A stretch of DNA of 64,000 nt from the human T2T-CHM13v2.0 reference genome, Homo sapiens. Both the position numbers and the translations under genes were made by a program. Below, one piece after another: positions 35,301 to 53,347 of this stretch (position 1 is the stretch's first letter; each line of letters begins with the position of its first letter). A model generated the notes under the pieces. The model worked only from the letters and a program-made list of their open reading frames with translations, made no database searches and was not told where the DNA came from. The stretch is from the NCBI RefSeq assembly GCF_009914755.1, contig NC_060928.1. The stretch is one strand, 5' to 3'.

Positions 35301-36839
35301 ATTTTACATTCAAAAAATAATATTGGTTTATTTTTCATAGATACTAATTAATAACAAGAGGAAAACCAAGACCATTTATAAACCTTAGGTAAGATAGATC
35401 ATAAGGTGTTTATACTTTGGTTATATTATTACATAGAAATTAAGTGTCCTTAAGGCTGTATTTAAATATATGTACACAAGAAAAAAAGACATCAAACATA
35501 ATGATGAGCACTCTTTTACTTACAAAAATATCAACTAAATGTTAAAAAACGTCAGGTATTTTTTCCTGTATGATTTATTGGTGTAAATACTATGTTTGAT
35601 TTGAAAAAAAAGACATTATATTCTAAATTTGTGAAATATTGAATGCATGAAATGCAGAATTAACTTACCATCTTTAATATATTTTTAAAGTTTTGGTATT
35701 TTCACTTACTAACGAAATTCAGTGTGGTAGATTGGGAAGAGAAATTGCATATACATATGAAGGAAGGTATCTAATCAGAAGAGTTCACAGCGAATTTTCA
35801 TTTGTCAGACAGGATAAAGCAATCAGTTAATCAATACCCATTTCCTATATGTTAACAAATGTGTTCAGTGCCATGTTGAAAAGCTATTACAGATATAAGA
35901 GAAGAATATTAACCTGTGTGCATTTCTTCAACTTACCTCAAGGAAACCCCAGGACATTAATGTTGGAGTCGATCAAATGACACATTATTTGCTCTGTCTT
36001 TAATAAACTGAACATTTTTCACTATGTTTTAGATTACAGTCAGTCAGAGCTAAATTAATGAACTAATCCCTCCATGTGGTGTAATAGAATTTGGGCCTTA
36101 TAGACTAAAACAGACTTTAATATTGTTTGCCTAATTAAAACAATTCAGCTAAAAGAGATTGCTATTTGCCTAATAACAAACTGCTACTACTGATAAAACT
36201 GAAACTAGGATCCAGAGAATTTGCCTTCACTACGAAGTTTTACAGTGAGTGTCCCTTTAGGAGCTTGCAGCAAACAGATGTAAAATACGGGGAATTGAAC
36301 ACTGGCTGTTCATTTTGGCAATTCTTCACAGGGTCCAAAGACTGGGCCTTAACTATGCAAATCTAGAAACAAATTTAACAATTCATCCAGAATTAATTAG
36401 GCTACTGGGGATTAACTCAGCTAATCAAAATCACAGGATACCTTTGTTTATTCTGGAATATCAATTTATTCATTTACAATGGGAAAAGCATCAGGTTTAG
36501 TAAGGAATGTCAGCTGTGAGCCTGGGAATCTTCTTTCTAATGCACAGGTCAAAAGCTTCACAACACTGATGAACAGAAAATTACAAAAAAGAGAGTTGGC
36601 TATTCTCAAGGCAGTCCAGCTCTAATCAGCTAATGAATTGCCCTTTTCAACTCTAAAGACATTTCTGTCTAGAGAGACTTTCTTTTCTTGTCACTTTCAA
36701 GTTTATTGACAAATTCTTAGCTCCTTTTTTTACATTGTGCATATCACCACACGTGTGCAACTAGAGCACTAACTCAGGTAGATTGCAGAAGAGTTAAGTA
36801 TATTAGAACCTTCTTTACATCAGCAAATGTTCCCATGGA

Positions 36840-37074
36840 CCTAGGCTTGGCAAACTATGCCCCTGGACCAAATCTGTTCTGCCACCTGTTTTTGAAAATA
36901 AAGTTGTGTTGGAACACAGCCATACCCGTTTCTTACTGTTATTGCCTCTGTTGCTGTCTATGACTGCATTCAGCTCTATATATGCGGAGCTGAGCAGTTG
37001 CCGCTAAGACCTACGGTATGCAAAGCCTAAAATATTTCTTCTCCGAGTTTTTACGAAAAGTTGCCTATTCATTG
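36840..37074 (+). mobile_element. MER58A-like hAT-Charlie MITE
   Basis: ttggcaaactatg..aataaagttgtgttggaacacagcca..gcaaagcctaaaatattt. Confidence 0.8.
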
Positions 37075-37711
37075 AAACATTACTTTGCTGCTTTTACGTT
37101 CCTTAGACACATGTAAGTTTTAAAAATATGATCTGTTTATTTCTGCTCATTCTCTTGGTTCAGAACATTAAACCTAAGATAATTAGAGAGTGCATGAAAA
37201 TTGCTCTCATTTAGATATGAGTGAGTTCATAAACTACTCCACCACTTAAAAAAAAAATCTTTGAGCCTTCTGCAAATAATGACACAGGATGAATTTCTAC
37301 AACTGTAACAGTTGCTATACCCAGAATCCAAAACAACATGAAAGTAAGTCCTGTTTGTCTTGTCCAAATGGAATTTCTAGTCCGTGACAGTAGCATCCTA
37401 CCAGGTCTGACTTCCTAAGTCTGGCATGTAGAAGAACTATCATTCCTTCTCTCTTCTTAACATCCGATCAAAATACGAATTCCCAGGGCACATTCTCAGC
37501 CAGAAGGAAAGCAATCTGATTATCCCATGTGAATCATTCACAGTACTAATCTGTGAACAAGTTTGATTCTCCAAGAGAGTATTTACATTTTGATAGGGAA
37601 CATTTTAATTCAAATGTATCTTTAACCAGTAAACTGCTTACACAGAAATGCTTTTGAGAAGGAAACCTACCAAGTAATTATTGTCAACTCTTTGCCACGA
37701 CTTTCTCTCCA

Positions 37712-38010
37712 AGAAATCAGAGGGACCTAGATCTGACCAAGACTTCCTAAGTATTTCCCTCTGCCTGACTCAACTTCAGACAGGTTTGCTCCTCTGACCT
37801 CCCAGAGTATTTAGTTTACAAAGTTTGCAATTATAAATACTTTCTGTGCCCCTTTAACATATAAATCTTCACCCAGCCTCTTGACAGTTTACGACCCAAG
37901 AATATCTTTCTCAAAGTGCTGAGAGTCAACAAGGAAGACAACGCCCCATCTCAGTCTGTGTGAGAGCACAGGAGCCTAACTTCATTAAGTGCCAATTAAC
38001 AAACACAATT
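37712..38010 (+). mobile_element. ERV1 LTR fragment (MER34/MER39-like)
   Basis: tttacgacccaagaatatctttctcaa; ggagcctaacttcattaagtgccaattaacaaacaca. Confidence 0.6.
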
Positions 38011-41000
38011 AGAAATGAGCTTTTTGCTTTTGTTTTTTTGTAGGAAGAATGGCCAAATTTTGCATTTCTCCAACATTCATTTCATTCATGCTTAAGAGAG
38101 AGTTTACAAAGTATTAATGAGATGACCAGTAACATTTACTTATGGTTTATAATTCTAGAGATATATATAATTGAAGAAAAATACAAATTATCCTCTCTTT
38201 ATTTTCACCTGTCCCAAAGTAAAAAGCCATAAACATAAAATTTTCTCTCGATTTTATCTAAGAAATTAAAAAAAAAAAACCCAAAAATCTAAAAAAAAAA
38301 AGTAAGGTGTTTATTGATTTTAAGTAATTTTTTAAATTAGAAACTGAACATTTCTTAAGCCTACAATTGTTGCCATACAGTGATCATTTTATATCACTTA
38401 TAAAGCCAGGAATACATCTTTTCTACAAATGAATAGACTTTTAATTACTCTAAATATGTACTTCTCATACCATCATCTAGACATAATTTTTTTAAAATAT
38501 CACTGCCTTGAAACTGCAGGTCTTTAAATGTCCTATGCAGTACAGTACAATTGGAAGATTTCCATGAAATTAAATGCTATACAAATGCCTGAGAACTTAG
38601 GTTTTGGGCAATTTATCTTTATCATTAAAACAAAGAAGACATGTGAACAATTATACAGTTAACTCAGTGGGAAAAATGCTCTGTACGTTTATTGCTAAAA
38701 ATAATGTACTGGATTTAAATTACAGGGTTTGAAAATATATTTATATAAATTATAATGCACATGATTCCGCCTGTACCTATTTCAGATTTTCTATGGGACA
38801 TTTGATTATTTAGAAGAGGAGTTCAGTACAATAAATTTGGGCATCGACATTTTGTGGCATTTTTTTACATGTAAAAGTTTTCAAACTTTTATGTTAATTC
38901 AATAGTTGCAGTAAGTTACTCAGTTTTGTAAATATTTTACTATGGTAATATATCCTGCTCATTTGAAGTAATTTTATGAACTGTATTTATTAGAAAAATT
39001 AAATACATTTCTTCCTTAAATAAGCTACTGAGACAAATCCAAAATGATTTCAGTAATCCTTGAGTAACAAAAATCTAAACTAATTATAGCATCTTGTGAA
39101 AAACAAATCAAACAGTTATTTTCGGTTAAGTAGACAAAAGAATGAGTACAACTCACATGCAGATCCATTCTAGCCTCTGACACTATATTAATTTCTTTTT
39201 GTAATAAATAAATGTTAACAAAGTATAGTTCTAGTGTCAAATGTCACTATTTTTATATTTAAGCCTGAGTTTATTATTAATTTTGTGATATGAAGTACAT
39301 AATTTATTTTACCAGACAGAATTTGTTTACATTTTTAAATGATTATTTTTAAGGATATATTTTTATATTCATATTAAATTATTAGTAATACAAATGCTTA
39401 AAATTTGTTTTAAATGTTACAGTGCATGTAGAATTAACAGGATATTTCAATATAAATTCAAAAAATGTCAATAAAAAAGCATTCAAAACTTTGTAATCTG
39501 TCTCATTTAAAATTAAGGCCATTTTAAGACATAATCAAACACTTTATTACATATAAAATTGTTAATAAGAGTGACTTTATTTGGGCTAGGTACTATTCAG
39601 CATACCATTAAAGGAAACAGAAGGGTTACTGCAAAATAAAAACAATATAGATTTTCACTATTAATAGAAGTGTTTTTAAAAACATATTTTGATAATATAC
39701 TTAAAAACGTATTTTAGTAAGAAGCTTTAAAAGCACAGATATACAGATATATAAACATATTAAAAGCACAAATATATACACATATATGTGTAAGAAGCTA
39801 AAATTTAATGTTTTAAAGAATTTACATTGTAATTAAAAGAAAATATTTGCCAAGAAAGCCTAAATGGGAAAGAATAGAAATGAGGGGGAAAAAAAGGGAA
39901 GATTTGATACAGCAGATTCAGTGCAAGTTATGTACAGAATAAAAGACGGAAAAATGTCTTGTGGAGAATCACATCACCCATTGGTTTCTTTTCCTCATTG
40001 CTGCCCTGGTCTTTGATGTGAAACATACTAAAAATAATACATTGTCTGCATCACTTTTATATTTACATCCCTTCTTGGCAGAAAGAAGAAAAACACTCCA
40101 AGACTCAACAGTCAGAACTGCATAGTATATCAACGTATTTTGGATGTTCTCCAGTCCCACTGAGGCATGACGCTGCAGTCATATGGCTATGTCACACTGC
40201 AAAGTGTCTCCCTCACGGGCTTGTTTGATTGGGACATTGCACATTTAAGAGGTACGTAGTGACCATGCTAGGAGTTAAGGTCTGTAACTTAACATTTTAT
40301 CAGGAAAAATGTAACAAAGGCTGTCAATGTGCAGTAGGCACAAAGAGAAATGAAGAAGATGCTTTTCAGTCAAGACATACCCTACTCTGTTTAGCAGAGA
40401 GTTGCATCTAAATTCTGTCTCCGAGAGAACTCTCCTGGGCTTTCCTGTGCAGTGTTGCCACACTTCGGGGGCTCCACTGGGGATGGAGAACCTCTCTTCC
40501 ACATAGAGGTCTTATGGATCAGTATCTGAGATTGGCTTTATAATCTGAATTGACTCAATTGAGATATCAGTTACAAAACTAATAGCATACCAATAGACAT
40601 AAAGGCAAAAAACAAGAATATAGATAAAGCAGGATAGTTTATAAGCATTTCAATTCACCAGATAGGTATGACTCTAATAGGAATCCTTTGAATCACTTCA
40701 ATAAAAACTAAAAAACGTAACAATTGATCAGTGATTATTTAACTACTTACTCTCATTAAGAAATGTCACACAAAACTATGTGACAACATATTTCACTAGT
40801 GTTATTCTTTCTATAAAAATGATAAATACATTTGTTATTTTATCTTTGAATTTGGGCTATAAAAACTGTAACATCATATTTTCTACTAATAAATGCATAT
40901 CAGCTTATATTCTATTTATTTTCAAAATCATAATAGAAATGAACACACATAACACAATATTTATCTAAAACTGCTTAATTATCAATTTAATATTATATAA

Positions 41001-41815
41001 CTCATATATTAAGTTCACCATTTTGTTAATATAACAACCTGAGAACCTACTGAGTTCAGAGAAATTATCTTTATATAATTCATTTTTTATTTATCAAAAT
41101 TCTCAGTAATTTTAAAAAACAGAGAATTACTGTATTATCATGAAAACATAAATTTGGATGCATTAATTTCCTCAGGAGTTCAAATTTTAAAATTCTAGTT
41201 AGACAAGAAACTATATTTTTCTCCTGAAGGCATGCTTTATAATTAGATTTTAATAAATTACTAAGAAGTACTTCTGTAATGTGCTTTAAAGGAAATTGTT
41301 TTTTTACTTAAACCTGGAACCATAATATAATTTATGCTAATGAGACGCTATCTGATAGAAATTTTCTAAAAATTGTTAATGTATATCTTATATGGATAAT
41401 AAAAGTCATATTTTTGTAGAAAAAGAAATATTACAAAAGATGTACTAGATTTTAACTGCATGAATTATTATTATAAATGAGATATTACCTTGCAATGTGG
41501 CATATTACCCAATATAAACTAATTTGTATGATACAATTGTAGGAAACGAATCACATCAGATAAGTGCAAGCTGGTTTCTGGTATAATTCTGAATTTGAAT
41601 TCTGTCACTTGCTAGCTACAGAATGTTAGTTTCATCATCTGGAAAGTAAAGGTAATGGTAATAGCTATATCATAGAAACCTTGATTAATTAACATAAAAT
41701 GTTTAGTAGGCATTCCACAAACAAAAGTTATGAATATGATTAAACTACCAAACATTACCAATCCAAGTAATTCCAATCTTATGGTATGATACCTTATTTG
41801 CTTAAAACAAACTTA

Positions 41816-42259
41816 AATGCCCATCAATGATAGACTGGATAGAGAAAATGTGGCACATATACACCACGAAATACTATGCAGTCAAAAAAAAGGATGAGTT
41901 TATGTTCTTTGCAGGGACATGGATGAAGCCAGAAGCCATCATTCTCAGCAAACTGACAAAAGAACAGAAAATCAAACACCGCATGTTCTCACTCATAAGT
42001 GGGAGTTGAACAATGAGAACACATGGACACAGGGAGGGGAACATCACACACCGGGGCCTGTCGGGAGGTGAGGGACTAGGGGAGGGATAGCATTAGGAGA
42101 AATACCTAATGTGGATGATAGGTTGATGGGTGCAGCAAACTACCATGACACGTGTATACCTATGTTAACAAACCTGCACGTTCTGCATATGTATCCCAGA
42201 ACTTAAAGTATAATAAATTTTTAAAAAATAATAAAGTAAATAAATTAAAGACTCCTAAA
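41816..42259 (+). mobile_element. 5'-truncated L1PA (PA7/8-like) 3' end
   Basis: ORF2 tail 41827..42009 and 3'UTR; TSD aaaacaaactta (41804-41815, 42260-42271). Confidence 0.92.
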
Positions 42260-42299
42260 AAAACAAACTTACAATTATTCGCTTCACTATTTGGAAAAT

Positions 42300-42340
42300 A
42301 CATACACGCACACACACACACACACACACACATACACACA
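42300..42340. repeat. (CA)n microsatellite
   Basis: Direct reading. Confidence 0.9.
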
Positions 42341-43278
42341 GAGTAATATACAAAAATAATTGCTTTCCTTGAGGTCAATGTAGTTTTTAAGATTATTTTC
42401 AGGTTTTCCAAGAATATCAATAACCATACATCAATTCATTCATGTTTTATTCCACATATTAATTTCAACATTAGACATTTAAAATACTTTTTAATATTTA
42501 AACTATATTAAGTTAGCCATATTTTAAAACACATTTAAAATAAACTGTTAAAAATAACAATATATTTTTACTGAATGAATCTATATGTACAATTCCCCTT
42601 TCTTTCTTCATGTGCAATGCAATTTTATAAATATTAAAACATCTCTTAAATTAAATGATTGACCCCAATTTAGGGAATTTATATGTAACTGACACTGCAT
42701 TTTGATCATAAAATTACAAAATGCTCTTTTGAAACTACAGAATTTTTTTTTTGAGAAATGTTTGGTCATTTATAGCATTTAATTTGCATATATTTCCAAA
42801 TAAAGAAAGAATACAATGAGACAGAAAGAGAGCCCGAGAGAGAGAGAGGGAATGAGTCAGAGAGAGGCAGATAGAAACAAAGAGAAAGAAGTTAGAAGAG
42901 TAAAACAAAACAGGAATAAATAAAGCATGGCATCTCAGGGAAAAATGCATAATCTAAGATTGAAATCAATAGGTACCACTTTATAATATGCTGTTTTTAT
43001 TCCTTTTTAATGGCCATAATTTAATTAACAAGTATTGAATGTCTGCCTGTTTGTGTGTATCACACATTTGGAAATCTTATTCCTTCTCTTCATGATCGTA
43101 TTAGTAGTATTGGAAAATCACAGCACAAAAAAATATTAGCTACAAAGTTTCGAGGATATCAATACTAAACTCTGGCCCATGTTGCTTCTGTGTGAGAACC
43201 GAAAGAGTGTTCCTCTTCTCTAAAGAGCTGACATTACAGTTTGCACTTTAGTTTTCTCAACACTAAGAAGACTGCAAT

Positions 43279-43575
43279 TAAAATGTACTCTTTAGGAATT
43301 TTCAAGTATATAATATATTGTTATTAACTACAATTATGTTGTAAAATAAATAGATCTTTCAAACTTATTTTGCTGTCTAACTAAAATTGTGTTTTTTTGA
43401 CTAACACCTCCCCAGTCTCACCACAAATAATGTGAATTAATGCATATATCTATTAGCTTCATTTTGCCGTTCCACAATGTATACATAGTCTAAATATTAT
43501 GCCACACACCATAGATATATATATTTTATTTGTCAATTAAAACATATGAATTAATTAAAAATATTAACCCCTCAA
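43279..43575 (+). mobile_element. Short L1MA 3'UTR insertion with an inverted 5' half
   Basis: Antisense L1MA 43279-~43414, sense ~43415-43545; TSD aagaagactgcaat (43265-43278, 43576-43589). Confidence 0.82.
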
Positions 43576-44519
43576 AAGAAGACTGCAATGGAATGATGAA
43601 AAAATAATAAACAAAAACTTCACTTTTCATAAGCAGGTTGGTAAATATACATATCTGTGATGAATGCAATAATATATTATACATGTAAATATGTATATTC
43701 TATGATATATTTTTATGTGGCATATATGATACTTACTATATAATATGTAAATGTACAAACACATATGTGTGTATGTGTATATATACAGCCCCCACACTTG
43801 GAAATAAACCCCAGTGATCAAGCTCACAGAGTCCACACTTATAGAAAACAATTAAATTAATTAAAGGTGTGCTTTTTCCCTCATCAGGAAAAACAGAATA
43901 GTGTCAAAATTTTTTTGACATTTTTGCTTAGAGAAATGAGACAAAAGAAGAGTGAAATAATCTTTTTGGTTTTTAAGGCCTACATTCTTTCAAGTTTTGT
44001 TTTCAGCATTACTGCTGCTGTTGATAATAGAACCTACACAAATACATTACTGAAAATATAGAAAAAGAATATTACAATTAAAAGAGTCAAGTTGGATTTC
44101 AGATGGAGCTCTATCATCACTTTTGATCAACAGAAAGAAGAATATGCATTTATCACAGCTGCAGATATATTTTCAAAATAAACTGCAAACTCAGTGAAGG
44201 TGGAAAAAGTTTCAGCATGATGAAAAGTGAGAAATGGGAAAGCAGCAATACAGGATGAGATTTAATTTAGATAAATGTAAGGCAATACACAGAAGGAATG
44301 CCAAAAGAAAGAAAGAAGTTGAAGAGTATTGTTAAGAGAACATCATTTGGAGATTTACTGTAGATTATTTTGGGAGAGAATTTTGATACCTGAGAGTGAA
44401 GTAAATGCTAAATAAAACATTAGTTCTAGCACATGAAGGGGTATTAATGTCTTTTTATCTATATACGTAGGGTCCATTTTTATCAAATGGCGATATCATT
44501 AAAAACAAACAATGGTAAG

Positions 44520-44720
44520 TATAATAGCAAAAATGTATTAAACACTATGTATGTGCTAGATATATTAAATTCTTTATATTAGTATTGAACACTTTAGTAA
44601 ATACTGTAGCAAGTACTCTTATTATCCCTATTTTATTGATGGAGAATTAGATTTTAAAGATCTTAAGTAATTTTTCAAGATTGTAAAATTATAAAGAGGA
44701 GATCATGGATGATGCAAAAT
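44520..44720 (-). mobile_element. MIR
   Basis: attatccctattttattgatggagaa..ttaagtaattttt. Confidence 0.6.
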
Positions 44721-44834
44721 TGGAAAACTTATAGGATAAAACTTAAAGAAGAAGAAATAAAATAAATATTGCAAAAGCATTGGAAATTAATATATAGGAA
44801 TAAATAGTTTCATTGAAACATAATGTTCACAAAT

Positions 44835-45100
44835 GACAATGATAGCTAACATACATTGAGTATCTACTATAAGCTACATACTGTTTTTTCATGCGTTGCA
44901 GGTTTTGACTTATTTAATAATCAAAAATGATATGAATTAAGATTATTATTCTACTTTAATATTAGGGAATCTGAAGCAGGAAAAAAAAGTATGTAACTTA
45001 CCTAAGGTCACATAACTATTAAGTGGTAAAGCTGGGATTTAAATTCCACACTTGCCACTCCAGCCGCATGAACATGTGCTAGTTATTCCTACACTATGTT
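44835..45100 (-). mobile_element. MIR
   Basis: gatagctaacatacattgag..gtaacttacctaaggtcacataactattaagtggtaaagctgggattt. Confidence 0.7.
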
Positions 45101-45419
45101 GGCTCTTGTATTGGAAAAGGGGGAAAAATACAGTAGAATACAAGTATAGAAATAATACAAAAACAGAATTATTGAAAACATGTGCTTGGTACACAGTATA
45201 ATTGTTAATAGGCATTTATTGAATACATAGAAAATAACCTATGTGAATTAGGTAAAATTTGAGATAAACATCTCATTGAGAAATTAAAACTAATAGCCAA
45301 TATGATCTCTTTCTTCATTCAGTTGACAATATTAATTGATCACATACTATGTGCTAGGTACTCTTCTCACGTGTGTAATCAATTTTTTGAAACAATGAAG
45401 GGTCATGCCCTCACAGAGC

Positions 45420-45556
45420 TTATATTCCAAAAAGTACAAAACAATATTAAACAATATTAAACTGAGTACAAAACAATATTAAACTGAGTACAAAACAATA
45501 CTAAACAATATTAAACTGAGTTTTATATTCCAAAAAGTACAAAACAATATTAAACA
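45420..45556. repeat. Mosaic tandem repeat (34-bp direct repeat enclosing 22- and 10-bp units)
   Basis: ttatattccaaaaagtacaaaacaatattaaaca at 45420-45453 and 45523-45556. Confidence 0.9.
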
Positions 45557-47412
45557 TTTGCACTTTTATTCTTAATTGTATTCTTCCAGTTATTTTTAAA
45601 TCAAAACATAATTTCATGATGTAAAGTCAAATCCATTATTATACCAAGATAATTGAAAGATACAATTTTATCTTTAAATATGTTTGTTTACATAATTATT
45701 TGTTTATAGAAGAAAATAATATGCTAAAAATGAATATAACCCAAGTCTCAGTTTAAGTACCTAGTGCTTTTAAATTGAAATTATTTTACTTAACAGGATA
45801 CAAAGTGCAATGTCATATATTTTGCTTGTTACATTGCATCCTGAGCTCTGAATCTACTTACTGAGGTCAGTGTTGGGTTCACCTAGTCATCTTGTCTCAA
45901 TCTAAGCTATTCTTTATTACTTCCCTTATGCATTTCCTCACTCCTACAACCTTTCCATCTCCCTATTCAGCTTTAGGTCCACTAACGTTAGATTGACTTA
46001 TTATTTAATATGTTTAATAAAGGGTTATCCCAAAGCACTTGAGATAAAGTGACAACAACTTTAACTTTTCTCTTTTTGTTCGTTTGTTTTTGTCTTTCTC
46101 CCTCTGCTAGCTTTCTTTGGAAGAACAAGAATGTGGTATACACATTCATTTCCCAAATGATATGATTTATGCCACCTTTCTTAAGAGATTAGAGTTTGCT
46201 CTTATTTTGTGTTTTTTTTTTATTTCTATTACATAAGGAATAATTTAGGGAAATAATTATAGTAAAATATATTTTTTTATATGCCCTTCTAAATTTTCCC
46301 TGTGAGAAAATATCTGGAAAACATTTGTCAAGTAACAAATTTATGAAAGATTAAGTAAACATTTCAGAACACCCAATAACAGTAGCATTATGGAGGCTTA
46401 AAAATATATGGCACATTAAAAGACTGAAACTAGCAAGATTCAAGTGAATTCCATGTTTTCTATTCTTTACTGTTTGTAAGTTCCTTTTTGGCATTAAAGG
46501 AAAACATAATAAATCATTCAGTTCAGTGAAGTGTAACACTGCAAATGGTAATGATGTGAAGATGCAGTCTAGAAATCAAACTGAATTGCAGAGTCAAAGC
46601 AAAAGTTCCGTTACATGAGCGAGTAGCTGTGGAAATCAATTAATGAAGCAGATAAATTTAATCCTGGGTCATGTGAATTCAGAAAAATAGCCTCTGAGTG
46701 TGCATGTGAATGTGTGATTTGAATATAATCTTATAAAACAGAAATTATTAAACTAAATATGTTTAAATACTGTGACTGAAAACAGACATCTTAGATCACC
46801 ATTGGTTTTTGTTTTGCTTTGTTTTCTCTGCTATAAAAGGGAAATCAAAAGAAAAAACTACATCACTGAAAAACTGAGAAATATAAAATCTAATTAGGAA
46901 ACAAGTTAACAGCATAACTAGCATTTTGTCAATTTTTTTCTAGCTATTTTTTAATGGGATGGATGTTTGTAAGTCTCAAATATGTTTGTGGTTATTTTCC
47001 ATGATTGTCATTAGGGGTATACTAAACATATATATTGCATTGACACTGACAAATAACAAGAGGCAGTGCAAGGGATACTCCAAGGTCTGCCCATGACAGT
47101 CTCCTAATAGCCCTGGCAATAAGCAGGGTTTACATAAACATTGAAATCCTATTCGTAATCATTATTAAAAAATATCTGTAACATATTGTAAGGAATATAT
47201 ATAGTTTATTTAAATATTTATCTTTAAGAGTAATAAATATAATCCAATAGGGTATATGCTTATAACTATATTTTCCCCTCATATTATCTCACCTAAATTT
47301 AATTTAATAAAATAGATAAATTGAAAGGTTAAATTTTAGAATATTTTAAGACTTTGTGTATGTTGTCAAATTGCTTTACAAAAGAAAAATCATTGCGGGA
47401 AGGTGTTATGTT

Positions 47413-48921
<1,509 letters not shown>

Positions 48922-49299
48922 ATATTAACATATATAAAATACATAATAGATAATATATCATTAGATATGTGATTTTGGAGTTGGCATTATTTATTTTTCT
49001 CTAGCAAGGACAGTATTAATGAAATTTATTACTGTTTCACATTAGCATTTTAATAATTTTAGAAATTACTGTATATAACTTTTGTAATACTTGAGAAAAA
49101 AACAAAAATAAAACTATATTTAAAAATCCTCTATGGAAAAGTCCATAATCCTCTACCAAAATATTTTGATATATATGTACAATAATTATATGAAAATTTT
49201 GCTAAATGTATGTGTGTGAGTATAAATCATTATATCATTACATGCATGCATATAATATAAAACTTACATGAGTAAAATTTTGTCTACAGGTTAGTAACT

Positions 49300-52182
<2,883 letters not shown>

Positions 52183-53347
52183 GACATATATTTGTATCAT
52201 TGTCAATAGTTCTTTGTCCTTTTTTGATAACTGCATTGTATTACCTTCTGTAGATGCAAAATACTTATAATTTATTTAGTCAATATCATATTTTTGGTGT
52301 TTTTCTCATTTCCATCTCTATCAGATTTTGTTCTGAATTGTAACTTGTGTGCAATAGGCACACTTTTAAATAAAATTATTTTATAGATTAAATTCCTAAA
52401 AGTAGAATATGTGAAACAAATTTTGTGCCAAATTTAATAATTTAATTTATATTTGAAATGTGACCTGTTAAAATGAATTTAAATTTTTAATTTAACAAAC
52501 TGGACAATGATCCTATGTTTCTCTGGCTCCTGCCGACATTGCGTATTATCATGAAACAAAAAACACACCCCACACACAAACACACATACACATTTTGAAA
52601 ATTAAATAAGTGAAAAATTGGGCCTCATTGCTTTAAATTGCATTTTCATTATTATTTAAAATACAAGATTTAAAACAAACTAAATATACAATGATGTAAC
52701 AACGGTTAAATGGTTAAATATTACATTCATGATGATTTAAGAACAATGGCTAGTGACATTTATTTATGTGCCCTAAATGTCACAAATAATTTTGTCATTC
52801 ATTTATACTATACAGTCATATTTAATAAAATGCAATTCACTTAACATATGTGCTTCAGGATACAGTCCATTGGTGCTCTTCTCATATAAGACCCATCTTT
52901 ATACTATTTCTTTAATTACTTTATTCTCCTGTTCAATATTTTTATTACCCTTATGCATATATTTTCATACATTTATTTTTTAATTGACAAAAAATGTATC
53001 TTTTTAAATTTATTATGTTTTTTGCATAACTACCTTAAAACTTGTGACTTATGGAGACAAACATATCCACTCATGAATGTCTAGGTCAGTATTTCAGCCT
53101 CAATTCAACTAGGCAATTATTTCACTTTAAATTTTTCATTTTGTAGCATTTTGCTGGTAAATGCACTAAGCTGGAAGGTCTAGGAAAGCCTCACTCACAT
53201 CTTAATGGGGGCATATGTGTCACCTCAGTGCTCTTCCACTGAGCCATTCTCTCTCTACCTTGGGCTTCCTCACAACAGAGTGATCTCTCAGTATTTGGAC
53301 TTCTTACACCTTGCTTATGTGCAAGGAGAATATCAACAGAGGGAAAA

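Noticed and set aside
35655-36110. Strong minus-strand splice donors (near 35670 and 35935) as coding exons
   Set aside because: No convincing acceptor with an open frame could be paired with them.
45420-45556. CRISPR-like array
   Set aside because: No unique spacers, eukaryotic context and no cas genes; it is a slippage mosaic.
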